From IMG/VR virus record IMGVR_UViG_3300028666_000001, positions 128,086 to 192,085 of that record: 64,000 bases of DNA; one strand, given 5' to 3'. Source of the DNA: a virus (taxonomy: Duplodnaviria > Heunggongvirae > Uroviricota > Caudoviricetes). The first letter of the stretch is position 1, and every line of letters begins with the position of its first letter. A program made the position numbers and the translations under genes. Below are positions 18,774-27,490 of this stretch, piece after piece. Under the pieces are notes generated by a model, which saw only the letters and a list, made by a program, of their open reading frames with translations, ran no database searches and was not told the origin of the DNA.

Positions 18774-19437
18774 GAAGATAGCTTGCATTTCAGACACACA
18801 TAATCAGCATTATGGGATTCAGATCCCTGAGTGTGATATATTGCTACATGCTGGAGATTTCTCATATATGGGAAAGGCTATAGACATTGTAGAATTGAAT
18901 CATTGGTTTGGAAAGCTTAAAGCCAGTGGTAAGGTGAAGGAAATTGTGGCTATTGCAGGGAACCATGATTGGCTTTGTGAGACTAACCCAAGTCTTGCTG
19001 CATCATTGTTTACTAATTGTATTTATTTGAATGAGCAGCCAGCAGAAGTCATGGGCCTTAAGATTTTTGGTTCACCTATTCAACCTTGGTTTTGCGATTG
19101 GGCATTCAATCGTAGGCGTGGTGATGAGATAGCAAGACATTGGGCCAAAATTCCTGATGATACCCAGGTATTGGTGACACATGGACCACCAATGGGAATT
19201 TTGGATATTGTTAAAGATAATCCATACAATCTTACGAATGGTCCAGATCATCTTGGGTGCTATGATCTTACAAAGCGCATTGGTGAATTAAAGGATTTGA
19301 AACTTCATGTTTTTGGTCATATTCATGATTCAAATGGGGTGTATATTGATCCAGTTACAGGTAAGACATTCGTAAACGCTGCGATTTGTAGCGAGGAATA
19401 TAAGCCTATTCAGCCAGTACATGTAATAGAAATTTAA
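18766..19437 (+). CDS. Calcineurin-like metallophosphoesterase
   Basis: ISDTH, HAGD, AGNHD, THGPP, FGHIH. Confidence 0.92.
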   Translation: MVKKIACISDTHNQHYGIQIPECDILLHAGDFSYMGKAIDIVELNHWFGKLKASGKVKEIVAIAGNHDWLCETNPSLAASLFTNCIYLNEQPAEVMGLKIFGSPIQPWFCDWAFNRRRGDEIARHWAKIPDDTQVLVTHGPPMGILDIVKDNPYNLTNGPDHLGCYDLTKRIGELKDLKLHVFGHIHDSNGVYIDPVTGKTFVNAAICSEEYKPIQPVHVIEI

Positions 19438-19450
19438 ACTAAAATAAGCC

Positions 19451-19479
19451 TTGACATTTTTATCTACTCCTGTTATAAT
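19451..19479 (+). promoter_or_regulatory. sigma70-type promoter
   Basis: TTGACA-17-TATAAT. Confidence 0.92.
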
Positions 19480-19485
19480 AAATCA

Positions 19486-19574
19486 GAGTGGTGTACGGCG
19501 TAATGGAGAACGGTACTCCATCCCAATGAAATGGGTTGCCCTTAGATACGAGTTCGACTCTCCTCACCCTCCCA
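19486..19574 (+). ncRNA. tRNA-like RNA / pseudo-tRNA
   Basis: Starts at predicted TSS; GAG(T)GGTG/CACCCTC stem followed by CCA; GAG-TTCGACT-CTC T-loop; no valid anticodon arm. Confidence 0.5.
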
Positions 19575-19578
19575 AATT

Positions 19579-19706
19579 TGATTAGTAGCTTATAATCTAC
19601 AGATGGCCCAATGATCGGGTGTAATCGCCCACAGTCGGGACTGCTACTGGTGAAAGTGCAGTACGTATAGGTTGTAATATCATCCTAGGACTATACGTGT
19701 CAATCA
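19579..19706 (+). ncRNA. Candidate structured leader RNA
   Basis: Hairpins GTAG/CTAC, GGGTG/CGCCC, ACTGC/GCAGT, ACGTATAG/CTATACGT enclosed by TGATT/AATCA, just upstream of GGGAGG SD. Confidence 0.45.
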
Positions 19707-19725
19707 TATAAGGGAGGTAGTTAAA

Positions 19726-20487
19726 ATGAAAAACTTAGGGTTAGTGGTTGTAGGTCGTGTAATCTTGTATGTAGCGTTGCTTATGCTTGGGCTTGGGCGT
19801 GTGGGTCATTCAGAGGTCACGTTCTCATTTGATGATGGCTCACGTACCCAGATTGAAAATGGGTATCCTGTCCTTTTCAAATTGAACTATCCAGCGACGA
19901 TCTATCTTGTCACTAAACCTTTAGGGCATGATGATTGGTATATGAATTGGGGTGACGTGAAGACTTTGGAACTAGCGGGTTGGGATATTGAAGCCCATAC
20001 TCGTACTCATCCTCATTTGGATAAGCTTACCCATAGGCAGCTAGTTGCTGAACTTGATGGGTGTCGTGCTGATTTGAAATGGCATGGCTATGCTGCTAGG
20101 CATTTTGCTACACCTTTTGGTGATACTGATCCTGCAGTGCAGCGTGAGCTAAAGAAAAGATTTGTGAGTGTTCGTGCTGGAGAAATTATTCTCAATGAAT
20201 TGAATCAGGAAGATACGTTGAATCGTTATCGTCTTTCTGTGTTTCCTTTAACAGAAAGTACAGACTTAGACTTGATGAAGCGTCTAATCGAGCATGGAAC
20301 CTTTGAAAAACGCTGGTTAATATTCATGGTGCATAAAGTGTTACCTGACGGTGATCCTCGACTCAAAAAAGAACCATATAGTGTCAGCGTAAGCAAGTTG
20401 AAAGCTGTTGCTACCTACTGCAATCTTCAAGGTACTAAAGTTGTTACTGTGGATCAGTATTTTAAATCTCATGGATTGGAGAAATAA
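19726..20487 (+). CDS. Secreted/membrane-anchored polysaccharide deacetylase (CE4/NodB-like)
   Basis: N-terminal hydrophobic segment; TFSFDDG, HTRTHPHL, FATPFG, MVH motifs. Confidence 0.9.
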   Translation: MKNLGLVVVGRVILYVALLMLGLGRVGHSEVTFSFDDGSRTQIENGYPVLFKLNYPATIYLVTKPLGHDDWYMNWGDVKTLELAGWDIEAHTRTHPHLDKLTHRQLVAELDGCRADLKWHGYAARHFATPFGDTDPAVQRELKKRFVSVRAGEIILNELNQEDTLNRYRLSVFPLTESTDLDLMKRLIEHGTFEKRWLIFMVHKVLPDGDPRLKKEPYSVSVSKLKAVATYCNLQGTKVVTVDQYFKSHGLEK

Positions 20488-20488
20488 C

Positions 20489-20902
20489 ATGAAGAGATTA
20501 CTTCTAACTGTTGCGTTACTGATAACAGCAGGATCAGCTTATGCAGGTCCATTAGATCTAATCTTCGACGCTCCAGGAGATGTGTGGGGGCGTTATGATG
20601 CAAGTATTACACCTTCCAACTATGCTCATGCTCAAGGTAATATTGAACAGGGCATTAGGTTTGATCACCTTACATGGCTTACATTCTATGGTGGTTTTAC
20701 TTACTGGCAGGAAGTCAGTACTGCTAAAGTTGGCTATTGGCAAGCGGGTGTGAAGAATACTACTTGGCTCCCAGATTGGATCTTTGGTATTGAAGAACAG
20801 GGTTATGTTGTTGCAGATCCTACTTTGCCAAAAGGTGAGCAGCATTTTGTGGTTGCCTATGTTTCTACAAGCTATAGTTGGAATTTGAGAAAATACAAGT
20901 GA
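20489..20902 (+). CDS. Exported protein, possibly a small outer-membrane beta-barrel
   Basis: Signal peptide MKRLLLTVALLITAGSAYA; aromatic-rich amphipathic strands; GGAG SD. Confidence 0.55.
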   Translation: MKRLLLTVALLITAGSAYAGPLDLIFDAPGDVWGRYDASITPSNYAHAQGNIEQGIRFDHLTWLTFYGGFTYWQEVSTAKVGYWQAGVKNTTWLPDWIFGIEEQGYVVADPTLPKGEQHFVVAYVSTSYSWNLRKYK

Positions 20903-21017
20903 TCAATTTTCCAGGAGGTCTTACTCTTTGCTTCCATTTGGCTATTCTTGCCATACGCCATATACGGGATGCATTTTTGTATCTACTTTCAGCAGTGAAT
21001 TTGATCTTTTAAAAGCC

Positions 21018-21046
21018 TTGTAATTGTTAGTTACTCATGGTATACT
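21018..21046 (+). promoter_or_regulatory. sigma70-type promoter, probably leaderless
   Basis: TTGTAA-17-TATACT with TG extension; ATG 5 nt downstream. Confidence 0.8.
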
Positions 21047-21051
21047 AAAAT

Positions 21052-22134
21052 ATGACTAAACGACTTCATGCATTTTTGTTTCCACTCCATAATGAGGAAC
21101 TAGTAATCCATAAAACTATTTTTAGTTTGCGGAAAGCTGGGGTCGCATGGGAAGACATGTATTTTGTAGATGATGGTTCTACTGATAAGACAATTGAGAT
21201 TTTGACTAAAGCAACATTCCCCCATCTTTCAATATACAATACTCTTTGTTTACAACCGAACGTTGGAAAAACTCAGGCTCTCGTTACTGCTTTCAAGCAT
21301 TTTAAATTAGCCGACAAATATGAATGGGTCAATACTTGTGACGGAGATACACTTATAGGCCCTGATTATCTGCAGAAATTGGTTCCCATTTTGAATGATG
21401 CTTCACAGAGTACAGCAGCGATTGCCTCACGAGTTTGTTCAATTAAAAATAGTTGGAATGCCTATACAAGTTATCGAACTTGGGAATATTGGCTGATGCA
21501 GGTTACTTATAAGAGAGCGCAAGGCTATATCAACTGTATAACTGTTCTTCCAGGCTGCGGAACAACTTTTCGTACAAGCGTGTTTGATAAATTGAGCCAG
21601 CACGTTAGACCTGATATGTTAACTGAAGACATGCTATGGACTATACGAATCCATTTAGAGGGCCTTGGCAAGACCTTGTATGCTCATTCCCTGCGGGTCT
21701 ATACACAAGACCCTGATCGTATAAAATCCTACTTTAAACAGAATTGCCGTTGGTTTCAGGGTGGTTGGCAGGTCTATAGGGAACAGAAGATGTGGGAAGT
21801 ATTTAAGAGCAAGATTAATGCTGAAACATCCTTCTTATTTGGGGAAGGGGTATTTTTCAGTGCTCTTTTTACCTTTGCTTGGCTGTGTTTATTCAAAGGA
21901 TGGTTTCCAGCTTTTACACACTATTTCTTTTGGGCTGATTTCCTATTATTTACAGGATTAACCATAATAGGGGCGTTTTGTGAACTAGATGCTAGGTTGA
22001 TTGTTTGGATGCCATTTTTCTATCTTTTGCGTATCCTAAAATGCTTCATATTCTTGCATAGTTTTATAAAGATCGTGATTTTTCAGTCAGACAAGCGAAA
22101 AGCACTCAAATGGAATAAGGTTGCCAGATACTAA
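21052..22134 (+). CDS. Processive GT2 glycosyltransferase (PgaC/IcaA-like)
   Basis: VDDGSTD, N.GK..AL, DGD, TED, QNCRW (QxxRW); C-terminal TM helices. Confidence 0.9.
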   Translation: MTKRLHAFLFPLHNEELVIHKTIFSLRKAGVAWEDMYFVDDGSTDKTIEILTKATFPHLSIYNTLCLQPNVGKTQALVTAFKHFKLADKYEWVNTCDGDTLIGPDYLQKLVPILNDASQSTAAIASRVCSIKNSWNAYTSYRTWEYWLMQVTYKRAQGYINCITVLPGCGTTFRTSVFDKLSQHVRPDMLTEDMLWTIRIHLEGLGKTLYAHSLRVYTQDPDRIKSYFKQNCRWFQGGWQVYREQKMWEVFKSKINAETSFLFGEGVFFSALFTFAWLCLFKGWFPAFTHYFFWADFLLFTGLTIIGAFCELDARLIVWMPFFYLLRILKCFIFLHSFIKIVIFQSDKRKALKWNKVARY

Positions 22135-22142
22135 AATAAGCC

Positions 22143-22171
22143 TTGACATTGTTAAGTACTCATGTTATAAT
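22143..22171 (+). promoter_or_regulatory. sigma70-type promoter
   Basis: TTGACA-17-TATAAT. Confidence 0.92.
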
Positions 22172-22175
22172 AATA

Positions 22176-22251
22176 GTGGGAGTGATCGTGGGTTCGATTC
22201 CCACCTGCTGCCTTCGGGCGGCGGTAGCTTAATGGGCAAAGCAGCTCCCAC
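22176..22251 (+). ncRNA. Circularly permuted tRNA-mimic RNA (YrlA/Y-RNA-like tRNA module)
   Basis: Closing stem GTGGGAGT/GCTCCCAC; T arm GTGGG-TTCGATT-CCCAC; acceptor-like stem CTGCTGCC-TTCG-GGCGGCGG; D arm TA-GCTT-AATGGGCA-AAGC. Confidence 0.8.
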
Positions 22252-22271
22252 AAATTTAAAGGGAGGATTAA

Positions 22272-22514
22272 ATGAAAAGACAACCGTATACCAAAGAAGA
22301 GAAAGATGCGATTGTTGCACAGGGTGAAGTACGGCTTGGAGTGCATAATTTTATTGACTTCGTAATTGAACCAGTTGTAGTTGGTCTACACCCAGAAGAA
22401 TGTCGTTGCACAGCATGTATCCATGCTTATTTAGAGGCTATGGAGAAAAGATCTGCTGAGTATACTGCTCAGCTCGAAGAAAATCAAATTGAGGAGATTA
22501 ACTATGTTGGCTAA
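22272..22514 (+). CDS. Small hypothetical protein (H..C.C..C)
   Basis: GGGAGG SD; directly follows the tRNA-mimic. Confidence 0.65.
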   Translation: MKRQPYTKEEKDAIVAQGEVRLGVHNFIDFVIEPVVVGLHPEECRCTACIHAYLEAMEKRSAEYTAQLEENQIEEINYVG

Positions 22515-22833
22515 AAAATTGTTTACCTTGATTCTTTGCCTTGGAGTTTTAGCCCCTGTATATGCTGCAGAGTCTTACAAAGATCTTTCTCATGAGTACA
22601 ATCTGGTATTTCAAGATTTTCTCAGAAAGAAAATTGTAAAGCTCCCTAAGAAGGCTACTGTTGAAGTTTTTTTAAAAGATGGAACGAGTGTAAAGGGAAC
22701 CTTTGAGGGTTTCTCCAAATATGATGATGGATTTTGGATTCTGCCTCTTGGTAAACGTGGTTTGTTTGCTGATGATGCCTATGATATCAGTGAGATCCAG
22801 GATGTAAGGATTATTATTCTGCGGAGCATCTAA
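22504..22833 (+). CDS. Exported small protein, possibly Sm/LSM-like fold
   Basis: Signal peptide; VEVFLKDGTSVKGTFEG resembles the Sm1 motif. Confidence 0.5.
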   Translation: MLAKKLFTLILCLGVLAPVYAAESYKDLSHEYNLVFQDFLRKKIVKLPKKATVEVFLKDGTSVKGTFEGFSKYDDGFWILPLGKRGLFADDAYDISEIQDVRIIILRSI

Positions 22834-22991
22834 TGAGAAAGGATATTCTCTTAGCTGTACTTTTTCTTGCTCTAGTTGTTGGTGGGGTTGTTACTATTGC
22901 TTCTACTCTAACAAAGGATTTTGTTGCGGCAATTAATCGAGCGCAAGCAGCATATTTTACTGAACTATATAATCTCGTAAAGAACTAAGTT

Positions 22992-23513
22992 ATGAACTAT
23001 GGCGAATTCTTAGCAAAAGCTCTTGATGGTATTTTAATCTCCTATAAAGAGCATGGGAGTTATCAAGGTGATTATGTTGCCATTCTTGAGAAAGATCATG
23101 ATTGGTTGATCTATAAAGGTAAATTTGGTTCGTGTTCTGGTTGTGATTGGCTAGAAGGTCAAAGACTTTATAGTGATGAAGATTATGCAAAACTAGAAGA
23201 GGCAGAATATAGTGAAGGTGAGGCATTAGAAGCTTCTTTTGAAATTACTGAAGAAGCGAAAAAAAAGTTTTTCGGAGATGGAGATAATGAGCTTTTTCTT
23301 AAGATTCCTAAGTCTCAGATGCCTGATACACTTGAAGACTTTAAAGCTTTGTTACCAGTGAATACGAGAACCATTCGTGACTCTGAGTGGAATGATGTAG
23401 ATTGTGATGCAGTAGTGTTTGATCAGATGAAGCAGGAACTTGATTTTGATAATTTAAAGTATTTGGAGAAAAAAGTTGAATGGGAGAGTAAACGTGACAA
23501 AAATCGGGGATAG
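22992..23513 (+). CDS. Hypothetical acidic protein with GSCSGCD motif and C-terminal DNLKYLE tag
   Basis: SYQGD, FGSCSGCD; ends DFDNLKYLEKK. Confidence 0.7.
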   Translation: MNYGEFLAKALDGILISYKEHGSYQGDYVAILEKDHDWLIYKGKFGSCSGCDWLEGQRLYSDEDYAKLEEAEYSEGEALEASFEITEEAKKKFFGDGDNELFLKIPKSQMPDTLEDFKALLPVNTRTIRDSEWNDVDCDAVVFDQMKQELDFDNLKYLEKKVEWESKRDKNRG

Positions 23514-23715
23514 ATTCATAGCGAGAAGTTTGGTTCCAGAGGTTGCACCAATTAACGTTATTTTTATTGGAATGCAAGAGACTGGATTTCCAGAATTCCC
23601 AGACTTTGCCATGTACAACTTAACATCGAATTTGCCAGGACATCCAGTGCATTCTACAGTTAGCCGTGATACACTGGAAGAGAATGGGTATATATTGCCA
23701 ACAGAAGCACCTTAA
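23476..23715 (+). CDS. Hypothetical protein
   Basis: Overlaps upstream gene; start TTG 23476 or GTG 23494. Confidence 0.55.
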   Translation: MNGRVNVTKIGDRFIARSLVPEVAPINVIFIGMQETGFPEFPDFAMYNLTSNLPGHPVHSTVSRDTLEENGYILPTEAP

Positions 23716-23928
23716 AAATTATGAAGATACAGAGTTGTGGTAGTTTCTTAGACGTATCAGTGTCTCATGGTATATTTCATATGGCAGCTCAGGTCAAGTT
23801 GGTTAACCTCTTGATTGGGTATGCTATATTGGGGTTAATCATCCTTGTACGTTGGTACAGGAGAAAATAGATTCGGAGGCTGGTACTTATCCTGGAGCTG
23901 GGCATCTCTTTAAAATACCCACAAATTT

Positions 23929-24273
23929 ATGAAAGTTTATTGCTCCCATATTAATAAGACCTTTACGAAAGGATCGAATTACTACAAATGTCATATTTGC
24001 TTGAATGGTTGGTATGGCAATGATCCGATTCCCTTATTTGAGATTGGTCAAACAGATCCAATGGAAGTTAATCCTAATTATCTTGATGATATACATGGTA
24101 AAGATTTAACTAAGAAGAAGTTTAATCGCTGTCCTGTCTGTAGGGATTTGCTTGAGAAGCGAAAGCATAGACTTTGTAATGTGAAATCCAATTTTAAAAT
24201 ACTTAAAGTAAGACATGCTGAGTTTATTGAGACTGTTATAAAAGTTGTAAAAGGATTTCGAAAAGACATATGA
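23929..24273 (+). CDS. Cys-rich hypothetical protein
   Basis: CxH, CxxC and CxxC..H..C; ATGA overlap with next gene. Confidence 0.55.
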   Translation: MKVYCSHINKTFTKGSNYYKCHICLNGWYGNDPIPLFEIGQTDPMEVNPNYLDDIHGKDLTKKKFNRCPVCRDLLEKRKHRLCNVKSNFKILKVRHAEFIETVIKVVKGFRKDI

Positions 24274-25451
24274 ACTTCCTATACCTTCTAGCAGCTTTAG
24301 GTCATTTCAGTCAGGGGATTGCTTCCCTTGCAGGTCAACCTCTATACTATTACCTAAGAGAGCACCTGGGTATCAGTGTTTCTACTATTATGCTCATTGG
24401 GTCGTTAACCAATCTTCCCTGGATGCTTAAACCTCTCTATGGCTTTGCTAGTGACTTGTGGCCTATCCTTGGGTATCGTCGTAAGAGCTATATCTTTCTC
24501 AGTGCAATTATCAGCAGCGTGATGGCCCTAGTGATTGGTCTTTCACCCATTGTTTCCTTAAGTGTGCTTATTGCTTTCCTTTTGGTCTATGCAATTGGTC
24601 AAGCAGGTGACAATGTAGGAACAAATGGGCTGGTGATTGAACAAGGGGTAAAAGATGGATCAGTAGGTCGGCTGCAATCAGTCCAATGGGCATCAATAGG
24701 CGTTGCAACAGTTCTTACAGGTGTTCTTGGTGGGTATATCAGTGAGAAGTTTGATTACCATTTGGCATATTTGATTATCGCCATTTTTCCTGCTTCAATA
24801 GCTGTATTGGCTTTATCCCTTAAAGAGGATAAAGTCCAATTATCCCAGAAAAGGGATAAACTACATATCAAGGAATTTTTTGTTAAACTTAAAAACAGGC
24901 AGCTGATCTTGTCAGCTGTCTTTTTGTTTTTATTTTGGTTCTCACCTTCCATTGGGACACCATTAATGGATAAGATGCGTGGGACTCTTCACTTCTCTAA
25001 GATTTGGATCGGTTGGCTAGATACCATTGGGTCCATCTTTGGTATCGTTGGAGCATTGCTCTATTTTAAGTATGGTAAGGGTATAAATGTCAAAAAATGG
25101 TTGTATTATAGTGTTCTTTTGAATGCCATATCCACATTTGCTTACCTTTGGCTTACCCCTCATTCCATATTGGTTTATAGCGTTGTTTTTAGTGTGTCTG
25201 GGCAGTTCACTCACCTTTTGATGCTTGGCATGATGGCATACATGTGTCCAGTGGGTACTGAGGCCACTACATTTGCCCTATTAACGGCTATTGTTAACTT
25301 TGGGTCATTCTGTTCGAACCTCGCTGGAGCTAAGCTATTTGCCCTGTTTGGGTACTCAGGATTGGTGATAGTTTCAGGTATGACAACGTTTTTATGTTTA
25401 CCCTTTATACCTTTCCTCCAGGTAAAAAAATCCCTTGAAATTAGTAAATAA
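24270..25451 (+). CDS. MFS transporter, folate-biopterin (FBT/BT1) family
   Basis: PWMLKPLYG..SD..PI.GYRRKSY signature; CP.G.EAT.FALL; many TM segments. Confidence 0.88.
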   Translation: MNFLYLLAALGHFSQGIASLAGQPLYYYLREHLGISVSTIMLIGSLTNLPWMLKPLYGFASDLWPILGYRRKSYIFLSAIISSVMALVIGLSPIVSLSVLIAFLLVYAIGQAGDNVGTNGLVIEQGVKDGSVGRLQSVQWASIGVATVLTGVLGGYISEKFDYHLAYLIIAIFPASIAVLALSLKEDKVQLSQKRDKLHIKEFFVKLKNRQLILSAVFLFLFWFSPSIGTPLMDKMRGTLHFSKIWIGWLDTIGSIFGIVGALLYFKYGKGINVKKWLYYSVLLNAISTFAYLWLTPHSILVYSVVFSVSGQFTHLLMLGMMAYMCPVGTEATTFALLTAIVNFGSFCSNLAGAKLFALFGYSGLVIVSGMTTFLCLPFIPFLQVKKSLEISK

Positions 25452-25463
25452 GTATGATATACT
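25435..25463 (+). promoter_or_regulatory. sigma70-type promoter, probably leaderless
   Basis: TTGAAA-17-TATACT; ATG 5 nt downstream. Confidence 0.8.
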
Positions 25464-25468
25464 GATTT

Positions 25469-27469
25469 ATGAGACTTAAACCTTTTCCACATCAAATTGA
25501 CTTGATTAAGGGGATGACAGATTTTTTATTGCATCCTCAGAGTGTGCCTTTAGTTGTAGATGCAGCTCCTAACAGTGGAAAAACTTATATGTCTGCTGCA
25601 GCAATAGAGAATTATATACATATTTTTCCAAAGGCAAAGGTGCTCGTGTTAACTTATGCTCAAGATATTTTAAGGAAACAATATACTAATATGTGCATAG
25701 ACCAAAAAGTAAAATTTAATTATGTGGTTGTTAAAAATCGTGCTGATTTTGAGAAGGCATATAATTCTATGGAAAGTGGAGTCATTATAACATTACCTCA
25801 GACAATTAAGAATTATAATTTACCTAAATTTGATGTTGTTATTGTAGATGAAGCACACCAATTTTATTTTGCTAAGATGGTACAGGATATCATTAAGAAA
25901 AGTCAGCCTTCTCATCAACTTCTTCTTACTGGAACACCTTATCCTTTTGTAGAAAAAAATCAAGTTACTCCTGGAGCATACAAATTTTTATCACTTGATT
26001 TACTAGATTTAATCGCCCATGGTAGGGTAGCAAAGAATCTCTCTGTTGAGGTAGTCCAAAGTAATGAAAATATTTCGTATAAGGATTACAATGAAGAAGG
26101 TAATTTGAGAGAAGATTTTAAATTTGATAAAGTTGATATTATCAGTAGTCTTCATCAAACTTTAAAATATATTTCTTTAAAAGAGAAAACTCTTGCTGCT
26201 TGTCATAATATTGATCAAGCAAGTATTATTAATGCTGAACTTGTGCGTCTAGGCGTGGATTCTGTTTTGAGTACAAGTGAAAATGATCCAAAATCTAAAA
26301 ATATTGCTAAATTTACTGCAGAATCAGGGGTAAAAGTTTTGTGTGTCGTTTATCGTGGGATCTTAGGGTTTGATCTTCCAGAGATGTGTAATGGACTTGA
26401 CTTTACTGCTTCCCAGAATCCTTCTAGAATTTTTCAACTTTTTTGTCGCAATGTACGTGTGCATCCTACTAATTTAAATGCTTCAAAAGTCTACATTAAA
26501 GTTGTACCAGCTTCTCTGAAAGATTGGTTTATAACAGTAATGGAGGGAACGCTACGTCTTGCTTCTAAGGAGTATTCTCGCATATTTAATGGCAAAAATT
26601 TTATGGATCTCCCTGTATTAGATAGACCTTCTGATGATCGCAAAAGGAATGGAAGTAATGAGAAAACCCCTAGTAATAAAATTAAGCCAAATTATACATT
26701 ATTTAATGGTATGTCATTACTTAATTTCTTTTCAAATATTTCTTCTTCTAATTCATCAACAACAATAGGACAAGTAAGACAGAAGTTATTGGGGATTGCT
26801 TATCTAGATCCTGAAGGAAAACAAAAGGAAATTATTGATTGGATAGAACTTCATCCAATCTTAGAAAATGGAAAAATTGTTGGTTATATGTTTCCAAATG
26901 CTGTCTCAAAAGATCCTATAGAGGCTAAATTAGGAAAATGGTTTAGTAATTATACAGCACATACACATTCGTATGATCCTGATTTTATTGCTTTGATTAA
27001 ATTTAGATTTAATTGGTTATCTCTTCGTGAAAGAAAGACCGAGACAAAAGATGCTATAGATAAATTTTATGCCAAACATGGTTACTTACCTCCAACATCG
27101 AGTAAAGACCCATATATACGTAAGTTGGCTGGGGCATATCAGAATTATACTTTTGAGCGTAGTGAAACGTATGATAAAGATTTTGCAGAAAAACACCTAA
27201 ACTCTATTACATATAGAGAATTTTTTACTACTAAAAAAAATAATAAAATAGCAGAGGAATGTTTGGAATGGAATGTGCAAGAAGGACAACCGCCAGTTTA
27301 TAATACTAAAAATCCCAAGGAAAAATTACTAGCTCGTTTTATAGTATCAGTTAGGATGGGTAAACAACTTTATTTAGATGAAAATCTTAGGCAGCGTATT
27401 AAAGCATTAAAAAATAGACATCAAATTCGAAATGAAAAAAGATTAAAATCGAGTTTGCAAAGTAGTTGA
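25469..27469 (+). CDS. SF2 helicase with C-terminal helicase-associated-like repeats
   Basis: AAPNSGKT, VDEAH, LTGTP, GFDLP, Q..CR..R; three P...K[D/N]P...[K/L]L[G/A] repeats. Confidence 0.8.
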   Translation: MRLKPFPHQIDLIKGMTDFLLHPQSVPLVVDAAPNSGKTYMSAAAIENYIHIFPKAKVLVLTYAQDILRKQYTNMCIDQKVKFNYVVVKNRADFEKAYNSMESGVIITLPQTIKNYNLPKFDVVIVDEAHQFYFAKMVQDIIKKSQPSHQLLLTGTPYPFVEKNQVTPGAYKFLSLDLLDLIAHGRVAKNLSVEVVQSNENISYKDYNEEGNLREDFKFDKVDIISSLHQTLKYISLKEKTLAACHNIDQASIINAELVRLGVDSVLSTSENDPKSKNIAKFTAESGVKVLCVVYRGILGFDLPEMCNGLDFTASQNPSRIFQLFCRNVRVHPTNLNASKVYIKVVPASLKDWFITVMEGTLRLASKEYSRIFNGKNFMDLPVLDRPSDDRKRNGSNEKTPSNKIKPNYTLFNGMSLLNFFSNISSSNSSTTIGQVRQKLLGIAYLDPEGKQKEIIDWIELHPILENGKIVGYMFPNAVSKDPIEAKLGKWFSNYTAHTHSYDPDFIALIKFRFNWLSLRERKTETKDAIDKFYAKHGYLPPTSSKDPYIRKLAGAYQNYTFERSETYDKDFAEKHLNSITYREFFTTKKNNKIAEECLEWNVQEGQPPVYNTKNPKEKLLARFIVSVRMGKQLYLDENLRQRIKALKNRHQIRNEKRLKSSLQSS

Positions 27470-27483
27470 ATTTATGGTATACT
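27455..27483 (+). promoter_or_regulatory. sigma70-type promoter, probably leaderless
   Basis: TTGCAA-17-TATACT with TG extension; ATG 7 nt downstream. Confidence 0.75.
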
Positions 27484-27490
27484 TGAATAT

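Noticed and set aside
19486-19706. tmRNA or a known riboswitch/ribozyme
   Set aside because: No tmRNA 5' end or tag reading frame; no match I can recognise to c-di-GMP, c-di-AMP, glmS, hammerhead or HDV-like cores
22121-22327. 68-aa ORF spanning the promoter and tRNA mimic
   Set aside because: It runs through a perfect promoter and a structured RNA, which explain the sequence better
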